Shown in pieces: positions 37,745 through 49,892 of a DNA stretch of 64,000 nucleotides (its first letter is position 1; the number at the start of each line of letters is the position of its first letter). Under the pieces are notes generated by a model. That model made no database searches. It saw nothing but the letters and a program-made list of their open reading frames with translations, and was not told the DNA's origin. Position numbers and translations under genes: made by a program. Source of the stretch: Botryllus schlosseri (taxonomy: Eukaryota); the NCBI GenBank assembly GCA_051294905.1, contig CM119371.1, forward strand, positions 13,952,001 to 14,016,000, given 5' to 3'.

Positions 37745-40700
37745 TATATGCTACTGTAAAATCGCTATTTGTAGCGCTATTGTAGCGCTCTTCGCCCACT
37801 TAATTGGATTAAGCCACTGTTGCGTGACGCGAATCGAACAGCGCGAACGCATAAGTATCTCCATTCACTGACAAGCTAACATGGAAATTTGGGTCAACTC
37901 GGAATCATGACGAATAAGAATAGTTTCCCACTAATCAGAAAGTGTAACTCAATATCGATCAACGAGACGGCATCAATTCTGCAAGCCCCGAAGGGTAAAC
38001 AAATTAGTTTGATTCATACAAATATCAGAGGATTGCAATCTAATTCCCACCATGATGAGTTAAAAGACCTTATCGTTGACCTGAAGTCACCTACCTTCGT
38101 AGCAATTTCAGAAATAAACTTTTCAACCAAACCCACGCAAAACGTTGATATATCGGGCTACAACTTCGAGTATACTCAGGCACCGAAGTCAAAGAAATCT
38201 TACGGAGGTGTTGGTCTTTACATTGAAGAAAAAACTCCTTACGAAATTTGCAAGGACTACGATCTGAATGTCAAAGATTGCGAAGAGCTATGGCTGGAAG
38301 TTGATCACCCAATTGGAATTCACAAATCTTTTCTTGTGGCCGTATTATACCGTCATCCCACGAAAAACATGAACCAATTCGCAAAAGCGTTGGAGCGCTC
38401 ACTGGACAAAGTCAACAGCGACAAAAAGATGTGTTTCATTGCGGGAGATATTAACATAAACCTTCTAAAACACAAAGGCAACGAATACTCCAACGCCGTC
38501 AAATCCGCCGGTCTCTACCAAATGATCACCGAGCCTACACGCATAACCGAAAAGTCAAGGACTTTGATCGACCACATATATACCAACTCGCGCGACATGG
38601 AAATCATTCCATTTGTCATTTCGGCAAAAATCAGTGACCACAACCATATTGGTTTTCTATCACAAGAACAACAAAGGACACCCCCCGAAACATATCACCT
38701 CTGCAGACGACGAGAGTTAGTGGACGAAGAAGCGCTCGATGATGCCGCATTCAATCAATTTAAAACATCAGCCATCCCCCACATCTCGGTAAACAACTTT
38801 GACGAAAAATTTGTTGAGTTTATGTCTGCTATCAAATCACTGCTGGAACAATTTGCACCTCTACAGCGCCTTTCGAGAAGTCAAAGAAAATTGAAGCGAA
38901 ATCCGTGGATGACCACAAAGCTGATTCAACTTATCCGTAAACGTAACCGGTGGCATAACCGAATAGACACCAAGAACTGCCCAGAACATGAACGAGAAAG
39001 ATTTCGACGTTTCAGGAATCGCACCGTGCATCTTATTTCCAAGGCAAAAGCAAAGTACAATGAGAGATTCTTCAACAGACACATAAAGGACACTCGAAAA
39101 ACATGGTCAGGACTTAACTCTCTCCTACATCGAAAAAAAGGCCATAAGTCTGTTTCGGAAATTGTGAATTCGGATACCGGAAACAAACTTTCAGACCCGG
39201 CGGCCATCGCGAATCACTTCAATGAATATTTTTGTAACGTAGGCCCAAATATTGCTTCTTCTATTACAAAACCTGTGTCGGCCAGGTCAGAGGTGAGATC
39301 GATATCCCAGTCAATTGTGCTTGAACCTACGACCAAATACGAAGTAGAAGTAGCCATCCACAAACTGAAATCGCACAAGGCCGACGGCTATGACCAAATC
39401 CCATCATGGTTTTTAAAAATGATAAGCCTGCATATCGGTCAATATATGGCCCATTTTTTCAACTTCATGATAGAAAATGGAGTCTACCCAAGCTATCTAA
39501 AAAAAGCCAGAGTAGTCCATGTACACAAAGCTGGGGATAGAACTAATGTCACCAACTACCGTCCGATATCCGTTCTCCCATGCATCGGGATTGTATTCGA
39601 AAAGTTGCTCCTCTCCCGCCTGTCCTCATTCCTCGCCAAAATGTCTGTCATTTCCCTTCAACAATTTGGCTTCCGAAACAAACACCAAACCGCTCATGCC
39701 CTCCTAACAGTGGCCGAACAGTACTATGATATCTCAGAGAAGCGAAATGTGGGATGTAGCATTTTTCTCGACCTAAAAAAAGCGTTTGACTGCGTAGATC
39801 ATAAAATTCTCATCTCGAAATTGGCGCGTTACGGACTTCGGGGCCCACAACTTGAGCTCATGAAAAGTTACCTCACTGGTCGCCAACAAATGGTTGCGAT
39901 CTCAGACACCTTGTCCTCTCCTCACCCGGTGACCTGTGGTGTGCCCCAGGGCTCAGTACTTGGACCGGTCCTTTTCACCTTATATGTCAACGACATTTTT
40001 GAAACCTCCTCATTGAACACCACACTGTTCGCTGATGATACTCACCTCCTCTCTTCAGCATCTTCGACGGCCGAGCTAGATGCCCTGACTGGTGACCAAA
40101 TGCCCAAAGTCCATGAGTGGACGGCCCAGAACAACCTTTGCATAAACGCCTCGAAATCGCAATTGCTGACAGTAAATTCAAAAAATAACCTAACCGTTAA
40201 TATCGCTGGTCAGCCCGTTTCCAACACAGATAATGCCAAATATCTCGGAGTTTTACTGGACTCGAACATGTCCTGGAAGAGTCATATTCAGTCCCTAGAA
40301 ACTAAATTATCACCGAAGTGCGGCCTGTTCTACAGCCTTGGGCGCTTCATGCCAGCATGGGTTCTTCTGATACTCTTTAAATCCTTAATCCAATCGAAGT
40401 TACATTATGGCATCCTCTGTTGGGGGGCTGCCAGTAAAACTGCACTCAAGCCACTGCAGAAACTACAGCATAAAGTACTCCGAATCATAGCTAGGGCCCC
40501 AAAGGGGCCTGGCTGCCCATCGAATAAGTCGCTGCTGAAGAGATTCGGCGTCCTAAACATAGAAGATATGCGGAAACTAGAAATCGCCAAGTTTATGTAT
40601 CAGTTTCACTGCGGTCGTTGCCCCGAATATTTCAATGACTTCTTTACCTCTGAATCAAAAGCGCACAAGTACAACACACGCGCGTCCACGTCGTCCAAAT

Positions 40701-41119
40701 ATCATATGATCGACCGAAAAGATCATCGCTCCATCAAATATGCCGGACCTGATGTGTGGAACAGTATCCCGCCGGCCATCCGACAGTCGACGAGCATGTC
40801 CACATTCAAGTCGAAATACAAGCAATTACTACTAAATAAATACAGTCCATCCTCAAGATTACCGGACCACGACTGACCTATCGATCTCGCTTCCCATGAC
40901 ATGCCGCCCTATTTCTTGTCGCATTCTTTTTCTATACTATCTTCTTTACTTTCATTCAGTGTGCATGCCTCCTCTTTACATCGCCTAGGCCAAGGTGGGT
41001 GTCAGATTCCATAGACTACTCCTTGTCGCTTCGACATCTTCCTGTCTTTTCATTGTATCGCATTTTTGTGGTGTATTGAACTGATAAAATTGCTAATAAA
41101 CCAATGATGATGATGATGA
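37745..41119 (+). mobile_element. L2/CR1-group LINE with 3' UTR and (TGA)5 tail
   Basis: ORF2, 3' UTR with AATAAA, TGA microsatellite tail at 41105..41119; 5' boundary uncertain; no TSD found. Confidence 0.8.
37907..40876 (+). CDS. LINE ORF2 (APE endonuclease + reverse transcriptase), L2/CR1 group
   Basis: APE motifs HTNIRG, AISE, GDININ, IDHIY, SDH; RT motifs YRPISVL, FLDLKKAFD, GVPQGSVLGP, FADD; uninterrupted ORF. Confidence 0.95.
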   Translation: MTNKNSFPLIRKCNSISINETASILQAPKGKQISLIHTNIRGLQSNSHHDELKDLIVDLKSPTFVAISEINFSTKPTQNVDISGYNFEYTQAPKSKKSYGGVGLYIEEKTPYEICKDYDLNVKDCEELWLEVDHPIGIHKSFLVAVLYRHPTKNMNQFAKALERSLDKVNSDKKMCFIAGDININLLKHKGNEYSNAVKSAGLYQMITEPTRITEKSRTLIDHIYTNSRDMEIIPFVISAKISDHNHIGFLSQEQQRTPPETYHLCRRRELVDEEALDDAAFNQFKTSAIPHISVNNFDEKFVEFMSAIKSLLEQFAPLQRLSRSQRKLKRNPWMTTKLIQLIRKRNRWHNRIDTKNCPEHERERFRRFRNRTVHLISKAKAKYNERFFNRHIKDTRKTWSGLNSLLHRKKGHKSVSEIVNSDTGNKLSDPAAIANHFNEYFCNVGPNIASSITKPVSARSEVRSISQSIVLEPTTKYEVEVAIHKLKSHKADGYDQIPSWFLKMISLHIGQYMAHFFNFMIENGVYPSYLKKARVVHVHKAGDRTNVTNYRPISVLPCIGIVFEKLLLSRLSSFLAKMSVISLQQFGFRNKHQTAHALLTVAEQYYDISEKRNVGCSIFLDLKKAFDCVDHKILISKLARYGLRGPQLELMKSYLTGRQQMVAISDTLSSPHPVTCGVPQGSVLGPVLFTLYVNDIFETSSLNTTLFADDTHLLSSASSTAELDALTGDQMPKVHEWTAQNNLCINASKSQLLTVNSKNNLTVNIAGQPVSNTDNAKYLGVLLDSNMSWKSHIQSLETKLSPKCGLFYSLGRFMPAWVLLILFKSLIQSKLHYGILCWGAASKTALKPLQKLQHKVLRIIARAPKGPGCPSNKSLLKRFGVLNIEDMRKLEIAKFMYQFHCGRCPEYFNDFFTSESKAHKYNTRASTSSKYHMIDRKDHRSIKYAGPDVWNSIPPAIRQSTSMSTFKSKYKQLLLNKYSPSSRLPDHD

Positions 41120-41455
41120 CTACATCGCAGTTACACCATTGGAGAAATAATTGGGGCTGATAAAAAACATATTTTTCCAATTTTCCGGCTACTTCTTAGA
41201 ATTGTTAGATTGCCTGAAAAAACTTAAATTTGGCTCAATTCCGACCGGTAGAAAGCAATGCTCTGGGAGAAAATTTTGGATTAATTACGAATAGAGATTT
41301 TCGAATTTTACTGGCTACCTCATGACATTTTTAGATTGTGTAAAAATATGATTCATAGCAAATTTGGCTCAATTCCAACAAGAGGAAGCGAGGTTATCAG
41401 AATAGGATATTTTGGATATGAAAAAAATAGTCGGCTTACCACTAGTATGTAATTA

Positions 41456-42018
41456 TATTATATGAAAGAATTTCTCACTAAAAATACTCCATTAATTTTC
41501 AAATCCAAAATTTTCTCTTCTCATATCATTGATTCTAATTTTTAAAATCTAACCAGATTCAGTGAACGTCAAATGGACGGAGGGTATTGTGTGTTTTCAC
41601 AGACGGCAGATCAAATCAATGATGAGTTACACTTCAAAAATACCAAAGTAGAGAGGAGATCCTCAGATATATTAAAGCGGCGTGGCCTTAGAATAAATCC
41701 ACATTTACTGAATACACTTTCCACTGCATGGTGCACTAGATGCAGGAATTGACAAGCATTTTTGAACCTCACTGAAGAGCGTTGGATACTCGTTTTTTCT
41801 AGTCGACAAAAAATGCAACATATGCTAATCATCGCCTTCAAATCTACACATGAGCTTATCAGTCTCTTCCAAGTACTTGACGAACTGAGTCATTGCATTG
41901 GCTCTAATTGAACTTTGCTTGTATAATTGAAAAGTCTTGAGTATACGGTACTTTGATTGCGGAGGATTTATTACCTCTTCATCATTGGATGATTTTGTAC
42001 AATGCTACTATATGTACC
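41456..42018. repeat. 563-bp direct duplication, left copy
   Basis: Repeated at 47350..47912 with one substitution seen; abuts the LTR start at 42019. Confidence 0.95.
41611..41800 (-). pseudogene. hAT transposase C-terminal dimerization domain remnant (duplicated at 47505..47694)
   Basis: AVESVFSKCGFILRPRRFNISEDLLSTLVFLKCN matches the hAT/ZBED ER.FS..G.I....R..L.....L.FLK.N pattern. Confidence 0.75.
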
Positions 42019-42538
42019 TGTCGCGTAGGATCAGTTCTCGATAGAACTGGACTGGAATATTTGTTGCAAGTAACGACCGATATCTAACTGACCGTCAAAG
42101 TCCAGACACAGTGGGTTTCCGTAGCTTGTATTGCGAGTAGGATTAACTAACTGGTCTATAACGTATCGTTAAAATATACGCTGGCAATTACTCTAAATGG
42201 AAGATATTACGTTAATGCAATGCTACACGAAATGCGACACAAATTCCCTGTTTACTGTACGACGTCTGTCTCTAAAAAGGGCGAAAACGTGGTCGTCGCT
42301 TCTCTCGAGTTAAGAATTAAGTAGAGCATGACAGAGCCACTCATGCTGAGAGAATCCACCGTGACATAGCCGGCCCTGTGGCGAATGGTGAATGCCAAAT
42401 AAATGCAGTTATCCATGAGCCACGAATTGAAGGAATGGTGGTGATGAGCGTATGAAAGACTAATAATAGGCAAATTATGTTAGCACGAAAGGAAATAAAG
42501 AAAAACGTGTAATACGATTCGCGCGGTGCTAGCACAGA

Positions 42539-44422
42539 TTAAGGCGGACGTTCGATGCGGACATTGCGGAGTTGCAGATCGGACGAAGCGAATCGAGCGT
42601 ATTTCCGAAGCAGGTATTTCTTGATCTCGTCTCGGTGTCCACGGAATAGTTCAGGATCTTGCGAGGACTTCAAACGGTGAATATAGAGTGGCTTAGCGGC
42701 TGCCACTCTGTTGCGGGGCAGTTTCACGGTCTTCGTCTCCCAGGGCAGAAGCGGTTGGAAACGTCCAGACACGATATGCGGCGGTGCAGTGTCTAGTACA
42801 TTCGTGTGAGCTTGACTTTCGGCATCATAGTCTTCAAAATACCCCGGTCTGTCATAACCAGGGGTGCGGATAGTATGACTGTTGCTTGCAGTAGCATAAG
42901 AAAAGACTCTCTGTAGTTGCACAAGGACTTCAGTATTGCCAGGCATGGCCGGCCCAGTGGAGACATTCACACTGTGCGGAGTGGCCATTTGGTCGGTGCC
43001 ATTAGGATTAGCTTTCGTCGGGAAGTTGACGGTTATATCGTCGGTATGATTGGGGGAATGGACTGGACTAGGTTGGACATGGGCATTTCCAGGAATTGTC
43101 GGTATGGTCAAGTGGGAAGTAAGTAACGCAGTGACCGCCGGCCCATTAACGGGTCTCTGGCTAACAACCACAGATGTATCAGATGCATGCGTGCGAGTTG
43201 TGTCAGAGGTAGTAGGTAAAGGTGAATGTTCGGTACGCACGACAACGCTTTCTGGGACAGGTTTGTCTAGTTTTCGTGGGGATAAGTGGGACAATTTGAT
43301 ACTGGCGATTTTCAGCTTGGTGAGAGCGTCGACGAGTTCTTTCTTTGCTTTGATAAATTTCATCTTTGCTTCAAATTCGACTTCGAGTCCTTTCATCTCT
43401 ATTTCAAGTTCGGCCTTGATTTGTTCTCTTGCGGCTTCCTTGGAAATGGTGGCACTTATGCGAAATGGACGATTCGATTTAGTTCTTCTTCGTAGTTGAT
43501 TGGAATTATAGAAGGTACGCTGGTATGCTATGAATAAGGCGCTGTTGGCATTACTTCGACAGCGGGTGATATCTGCGTTCAGCTTGTAAATTCGTGGTAG
43601 GATGGAACCAGTGGACTCGTAGGCTTGTGTTATCTGTATCAGTTTGTGTAATGTATCCTTGAGCTTAAGGATTAGTTCGTCTAGTTCGCATTTACACTCG
43701 GCGACGTACGTGTGTGATGATGCGTTCTTGACGGTGTGGAAGAAAGCGCGCTTAGCTGTCTTGTAAGCGGCGGTGGATTCTTTTATAACTTTGTGAACGT
43801 GCTGCTGGCTGAGCACCTCCGCTTCGGCTGCTGGCAGTAGTGTATTGGAATGCTGCTGGCTGAGCACCGCCGCTTCGGCTGCTGGCAGTAATGTATTGGA
43901 ATGCTGCTGGCTGAGCACCTCTGCTTCGGCTGCTGGCAGTAATGTATTGGAATGCTGCTGGCTGAGCACCTCTGCTTTGGCTGCTGGCAGTGATGTATTG
44001 AAATGCTGCTGGCTGAGCACCTCTGCTTCGGCTGCTGGCAGTAATGTATTGGAATGCTGCTGGCTGAGCACCGCCGCTTCGGCTGCTGGCAGTAATGTAT
44101 TGGAATGCTGCTGGCTGAGCACCTCTGCTTCGGCTGCTGGCAGTAATGTATTGGAATGCTGCTGGCTGAGCACCTCTGCTTTGGCTGCTGGCAGTGATGT
44201 ATTGAAATGCTGCTGGCTGAGCACCTCTGCTTCGGCTGCTGGCATCGTCGGCTGCGTATCGACGGGCTGCTGGCTGAGCACCTCTGCTTCGGCTGCTGGC
44301 AGTGATGTATTGAAATGCTGCTGGCTGAGCACCTCTGCTCCGGCTGCTGGCAGTGTCGAATCCGTGTTGACTTGCTGCTGGCTGAGCACCTTTGCTTCGG
44401 CTGCTGGCAGTGATGTATCCAT
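42539..44422 (-). CDS. Element B single ORF, homologous to the element A ORF
   Basis: STAAYKTAKRAF vs SSAAYQKAERAF, QRPVNGPA in both, VKLPRN vs VKPPYN, DPELFR vs EPEFFR, both end in RPP; ATG at 44422 aligns with the element A ATG. Confidence 0.78.
   Translation of the reverse strand: MDTSLPAAEAKVLSQQQVNTDSTLPAAGAEVLSQQHFNTSLPAAEAEVLSQQPVDTQPTMPAAEAEVLSQQHFNTSLPAAKAEVLSQQHSNTLLPAAEAEVLSQQHSNTLLPAAEAAVLSQQHSNTLLPAAEAEVLSQQHFNTSLPAAKAEVLSQQHSNTLLPAAEAEVLSQQHSNTLLPAAEAAVLSQQHSNTLLPAAEAEVLSQQHVHKVIKESTAAYKTAKRAFFHTVKNASSHTYVAECKCELDELILKLKDTLHKLIQITQAYESTGSILPRIYKLNADITRCRSNANSALFIAYQRTFYNSNQLRRRTKSNRPFRISATISKEAAREQIKAELEIEMKGLEVEFEAKMKFIKAKKELVDALTKLKIASIKLSHLSPRKLDKPVPESVVVRTEHSPLPTTSDTTRTHASDTSVVVSQRPVNGPAVTALLTSHLTIPTIPGNAHVQPSPVHSPNHTDDITVNFPTKANPNGTDQMATPHSVNVSTGPAMPGNTEVLVQLQRVFSYATASNSHTIRTPGYDRPGYFEDYDAESQAHTNVLDTAPPHIVSGRFQPLLPWETKTVKLPRNRVAAAKPLYIHRLKSSQDPELFRGHRDEIKKYLLRKYARFASSDLQLRNVRIERPP
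43796..44418. repeat. Mostly 51-bp (17-aa) in-frame tandem repeat, 12 units with a 4-unit higher-order duplication
   Basis: PAAEAEVLSQQHSNTLL-type units; units 4-7 recur as units 8-11. Confidence 0.95.
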
Positions 44423-44767
44423 ATCGACGTCAGTCGGCACTCGTATATTTTAACTCTTATGTCGCGTAGGATCAGTTCTCGATAGAACTGGACTGGAATA
44501 TTTGTTGCAAGTAACGACCGATATCTAACTGACCGTTAAAGTCCAGACACAGTGGGTTTCCGTAGCTTGTATTGCGAGTAGGATTAACTAACTGGTCTAT
44601 AACGTATCGTTAAAATATACGCTGGCAATTACTCTAAATGGAAGATATTACGTTAATGCAATGCTACACGAAATGCGACACAAATTCCCTGTTTACTGTA
44701 CGACGTCTGTCTCTAAAAAGGGCGAAAACGTGGTCGTCGCTTCTCTCGAGTTAAGAATTAAGTAGAG

Positions 44768-47301
44768 CAGTGCTTTTCAACCTTTTTGAGCTTCGTTCGC
44801 ACTTTTTTTGTAAAATAAATTTCATTCGCACAAACTAACCGAATATTGATATGCAAAAAGAAGACGAAAATACAACATTTATTTGCTCAGATGTGCAACA
44901 AATTGGCTACTATGTATCTTAAGCTACCAAGTGTCTCATGAAAAATGCTACTATTTTCGCTCGTTTTGATTTCAGCTATTTCACTAAAACCCTTCTCCAA
45001 GTTAACTAGTGCTTGGATGGTCTGGTCTTAAAGCAGGGGTCACCAACACGCGGCCCGCGGGTCGCATGAGGCCCGCGATGTCATATTTTGCGGCCCGGGA
45101 TCTGTTTTCAGAAGAACGCCCAGTACTTAAATTTATTTCTGTTTAAAAATATTGTCGACGTTGTTCAAAATATGCTATTCTCCCTTTAGAAACGCGAAAC
45201 GCCCTCCTAAAACGTGAAACCCCATCCTTTTGAAATGGCCCTTCAGACCCTAATACTCGGTTGCAATTCAATAAGTCGTATTATCAGTGTTGCGCACGGC
45301 CAAATAACGAAAGGCGTGATACCAATTAGCGAGATTCGTCATTGCGCATTGCACTGCAAATGTAACGTGACACGAGCGACACGGTCTCCCGCTGAGATAA
45401 TTGCGAAATCACGTCATTTATTGCCGCGCGCTCGGCAAGCGTTGCTAGCCTGATCTATCGCGTCTCCAACAGGGCTAGTTCCGCTGGCTTGAATAATCAC
45501 ATCTGCAATTGGCGGTATGTGCACGATATCATCGCTTGTCTACACAATCGCATCTGCATTGACTTGGTGCGCACGATATCATCGCTGGCCTGCACAATCG
45601 CATCTGCAATAGGCCTAGTATACGAAAGATATCGCTAGCCTAACTACCAAGTCTTGGGCCTACCATACTTTGGCCGGGGCTACGTAAGACGCATTGGTCA
45701 GCGCGCGTATTTTATTGTTTGATGCCGTGATAAGCGCGGGTATTCAATTGTTCACAACAGATCAGGCAGTCGCTAATTAACATCTCTTTCGGACTCGTCG
45801 ACAAGCTTATCATACACGTATAATCGTCAACACGATGATGTTGTATAATCGTTATTTATGCATGTTCTTAACCCTAATGAATTGATGCTATATACCAGGG
45901 CCATAACTGCCGCACCCCAAACCCAATTTATGCAATATTTTCAAAAATATTTCGCGCTAGGCGCAATTTCAAGTCGCCAAATATCTTGATTATTGGGTGC
46001 TCTTCCCCCAAGAGAAAATACGCAAGATTTATAGAAATGGACATATTGGCGTAGGCCATTACCGCGGCACGAAGCACAAAGACATATAACGTTTTAGGCC
46101 ATGAAACATGCGACTCCAAGAAGTGTGCCAGAACGATCGCAGCGAGACAAACACACAAGACAAATACCATCCTTCAGGAAAAAATTAAATGCCATTGAAG
46201 AAATACCAATCCGAAACCGTGTGATCTTTCAGTCTAGTACGTTTGAGCGATTCTATATTTTTGATATAGCAGACAGGAGGTCACGAAATAACATCATGTA
46301 ACAAAGTCATACCAACGGGTCCGTCCGCCCGAAGATGTTCGATCATTATTTACGGACTGTACAGTTTCAAAGACACCTCACTCAGCTCTACCGGTAAAAC
46401 TCATTACGTGAGCAGAGAGGACAAGAAATTGATAGCAATATATATGCAATTCCCGATCTTATTGACCGATTTTATCATGAATCATCGAAAATTTTCGCGC
46501 TTAGCGCTAGCTCACTGAAGTTCAGTTTATCGCCATATGGGGGCCCAGGAACAACGTTTGGGGGGACTGACGAAGTGCTGTTACGGCCCTGTATATTACT
46601 AAATTCGGTAAAAATCACACCCGCCCCTTTATTTCAACCACCCTCCCCCTTTTTTCGGCTGGCTTCGCCGAACAGACAGATAGTCCTGGCAGTGTGAACC
46701 CAAATTATACCCTTTGCAGTATATACTTTAATAACCCCTGAAAGGGTAAAATTTGCGTTACTGTAACTTGCAAATGGCAGTCTGTAATGATAGTATTTAC
46801 TACTGTCCTCGTGCCTAGCACTAATCGAACAGGTATTACGCAAGTATTGATGATTGTTTAGCGAAAGTAAGCAGAAAGTGAATTTAACGTCATTTTCCCA
46901 GCCTCCGACGGGCTGCTATATGTCTGGTCTGTCACTACACCAGCTTCCAAGCCAGGGTTTTGGTTACGTAATAATTATAGTGCGAAAATATCAATTCACT
47001 ACGGCTTGTGAGAGCTACGACTAGTGGTACGTCCCAAGTTAAACGAGTTTTTACAATTGCGTCGCAACAACTAAGGTTACACTGCGCTTGAATTTCGTAT
47101 TATGTTTATTTGAAAAGCAATTATTATTCACGATTTTCATTCGCACTCATCCGGGATTTTCATTCGCATCGTTCGCACCACCTTCGTCATTCGCACTCAT
47201 CCGGGATTTTCATTCGCACCGTTCGCACCATGTTCATCATTCGCACTGCAAATTTTTTCATTCGCACAAGTGCGAACCGTCACACAGGTTGAAAAGCACT
47301 G
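44768..47301. mobile_element. Non-autonomous hAT element inserted in the 5' LTR of element B
   Basis: TIRs CAGTGCTTTTCAACC/GGTTGAAAAGCACTG, 8-bp TSD AAGTAGAG; the other LTR shows the empty site. Confidence 0.93.
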
Positions 47302-47349
47302 AAGTAGAGCATGACAGAGCCACTCATGCTGAGAGAATCCACCGTGACA

Positions 47350-47912
47350 TATTATATGAAAGAATTTCTCACTAAAAATACTCCATTAATTTTCAAATCC
47401 AAAATTTTCTCTTCTCATATCATTGATTCTAATTTTTAAAATCTAACCAGATTCAGTGAACGTCAAATGGACGGAGGGTATTGTGTGTTTTCACAGACGG
47501 CAGATCAAATCAATGATGAGTTACACTTCAAAAATACCAAAGTAGAGAGGAGATCCTCAGATATATTAAAGCGGCGTGGCCTTAGAATAAATCCACATTT
47601 ACTGAATACACTTTCCACTGCATGGTGCACTAGATGCAGGAATTGACAAGCATTTTTGAACCTCACTGAAGAGCGTTGGATACTCGTTTTTTCTAGTCGA
47701 CAAAAAATGCAACATATGCTAATCATCGCCTTCAAATCTACACATGAGCTTATCAGTCTCTTCCAAGTACTTGACGAACTGAGTCATTGCATTGGCTCTA
47801 ATTGAACTTTGCTTGTATAATTGAAAAGTCTTGAGTATACGGTACTTTGATTGCGGAGGATTTATTACCTCTTCATCACTGGATGATTTTGTACAATGCT
47901 ACTATATGTACC
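47350..47912. repeat. 563-bp direct duplication, right copy
   Basis: Begins immediately after the LTR terminal CA at 47349; matches 41456..42018. Confidence 0.95.
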
Positions 47913-48019
47913 ATTGTCTGTTGTTTTTACGGCCACCTATCTGATATCAGACGAGTGCAACAAAAGCTGTGGTGACAAAAGCGATGTCGGCAGAATTCGT
48001 CAGATGCGTTGATCTAGCC

Positions 48020-49892
48020 CAGTGGTTCTTAACCTTGCCTCCAGCGCCCCCAGGGGGCGCTGGCGATTTTGAAAGGGGGCGGAAAAGCTCAGGGGACGAT
48101 ATGGGGGGCGCTGGGCTCAGGGGGGCGGTATGGGGGGCGCTGGAGAAAAATGGCTTCGCAGTAGATGATGTGGTGGTAGGACATATCCTTGATGAGTATT
48201 CAGAGAAAATGAACACCGAAAACTTCGTTATATATAGCCTACAAAAGACATATAGGTTTAATTGTCCATGGGCGCCTAAATGACTGGCACCGAATATTCC
48301 TGTGTTGGCAATCTGAACCCCAGAAGAGGAATTCCATCCGGCAGGGAAAAATTATATGCCAGTGAAGAAATACCAATTTGAAATCGTTTTCGTATTTTAG
48401 TTTAGTACGATTGGGCGACAGGGATATCTATAAAACTAGATATTCTTGTTGGGCGATATCCCTTTTGGGCGATTCTATATTTTTTGATATAGCAGACAGG
48501 AGGTCACGAAATAACATCATGCAACGAAGTCATACCAACGGGTTCGCCCGCCCGAATATGTTTAATTATTAGTTACGGGCCCTACAGTTTCCAAGACACC
48601 TCACATTGTTCGCTCCACGTTTTGATGAGTCTGCGCACACTCAATAAACTCACTGCGCAGACCCTTGGACAACAGTGCGTAACGACTAAAAAAGGGTCAA
48701 AACTTCGGATTAGTTGTGCGCAACGTAGATTTTCTGTGCACAGATACCGTGTCAGCACTGCGCACGTGAGCAGCTTAGACGGAACATTGCACCTCACTCA
48801 GCTCTACCGGTAAGTCTGGTAACGTGAGCAGAGAGGACAAGAAATTAATAGCAATATATATGTAATTCCCGATCTTACTGACCGATTTTATCATGAATTA
48901 TCGAAAGTTTTCGCACTGGCTCGCTAAACAGTACAGCTGATTTCGTGGCAAAATGAACAACGTGATGGGGGCGGTCGGATTATCACCCTATGGGAGCCCA
49001 AGACCCAAGTTTTATCGGGGGGCCTGGCGAAGTGCCATTTCGTTCCTGCCAACGGGTATACGCCCGAAGATGTATAAATATTATTGAGGGGTCCTACGGC
49101 CCTACCTTTTCAATCACACAACACTCAGCTCTACCGGTAAATTTGTTTACGTGAGTAGAGAGAGGATAAATTTGATATCAATATACATGCAATTCCGGAT
49201 CATATTTACCAATTCAATCATTAATTATTGAAATTTTTCGCGCTTCGCGCGTCTAGGCGGGAGTACCTGGCTCAGTAAATGGACACCCAATTGGCCGACT
49301 AGTATCAGCAAATAGTGGATAGCCGAAAGGGGGTCTGGGGGCGAAGCCCCCCGGAAGTTTGGTTTATCACCCGAGGGGGGGGGGGCTAAGACCAACGTTT
49401 TTGGGGGGCTGACGAAGTGCTGTTACGGCCCTGGTAACGAATTAATTGTACCTACGGGCACGCCCGAATATGTTTAATTATTAATTACGTGCCCTCTATC
49501 TTCCCATACAACAGCTCATTCAGCGCTACTGGTAAATCTGATTACGTGGGCTGAGAGGATAAAAAGTTTATAGCGACTTATATATGTAATTACCACCTAT
49601 TCATTCATGCATTATAGAAAATTTTGTTACCTAGGGCGACCATGCCACACGAACTTTGCTGACCATCGAAATCACGCTACGGGGTTCTTGGGGGCGAAGC
49701 CCTCGGAAGTTTGGTTTATCACGCTATGGGTGCGCAAGGCAATAATTTTTAGGGGGGATTGCGAAGTGCTGTTACGGCCCTCTCTCTTACTCATTGTCTT
49801 TATTACATTCCTTACAATATGCGGTTGGGGGGCGCTGGAGCACGATAAATTTTGAAAGGGGGCGCTGGAGGAAAAAAGGTTAAGAACCACTG
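48020..49892. mobile_element. hAT (Charlie-like) non-autonomous element
   Basis: TIRs CAGTGGTTCTTAACCTT/AAGGTTAAGAACCACTG; TSD ATCTAGCC. Confidence 0.92.

Larger units (their letters stand above)
42019..47349 (-). mobile_element. Non-autonomous BEL/Pao-type LTR retrotransposon (element B), related to element A
   Basis: LTRs 42019..42366 and 44460..47349 (the latter split by a hAT insertion), TG...CA, one mismatch seen; LTR blocks shared with element A (AAGTCC.GACACAGT, CGCTGGCAA.TACTCTAAATG, AATCCACCGTGACA). Confidence 0.92.

Noticed and set aside
43845..44453. Cys/Trp-rich 202-aa plus-strand ORF
   Set aside because: Antisense reading of the element B repeat.
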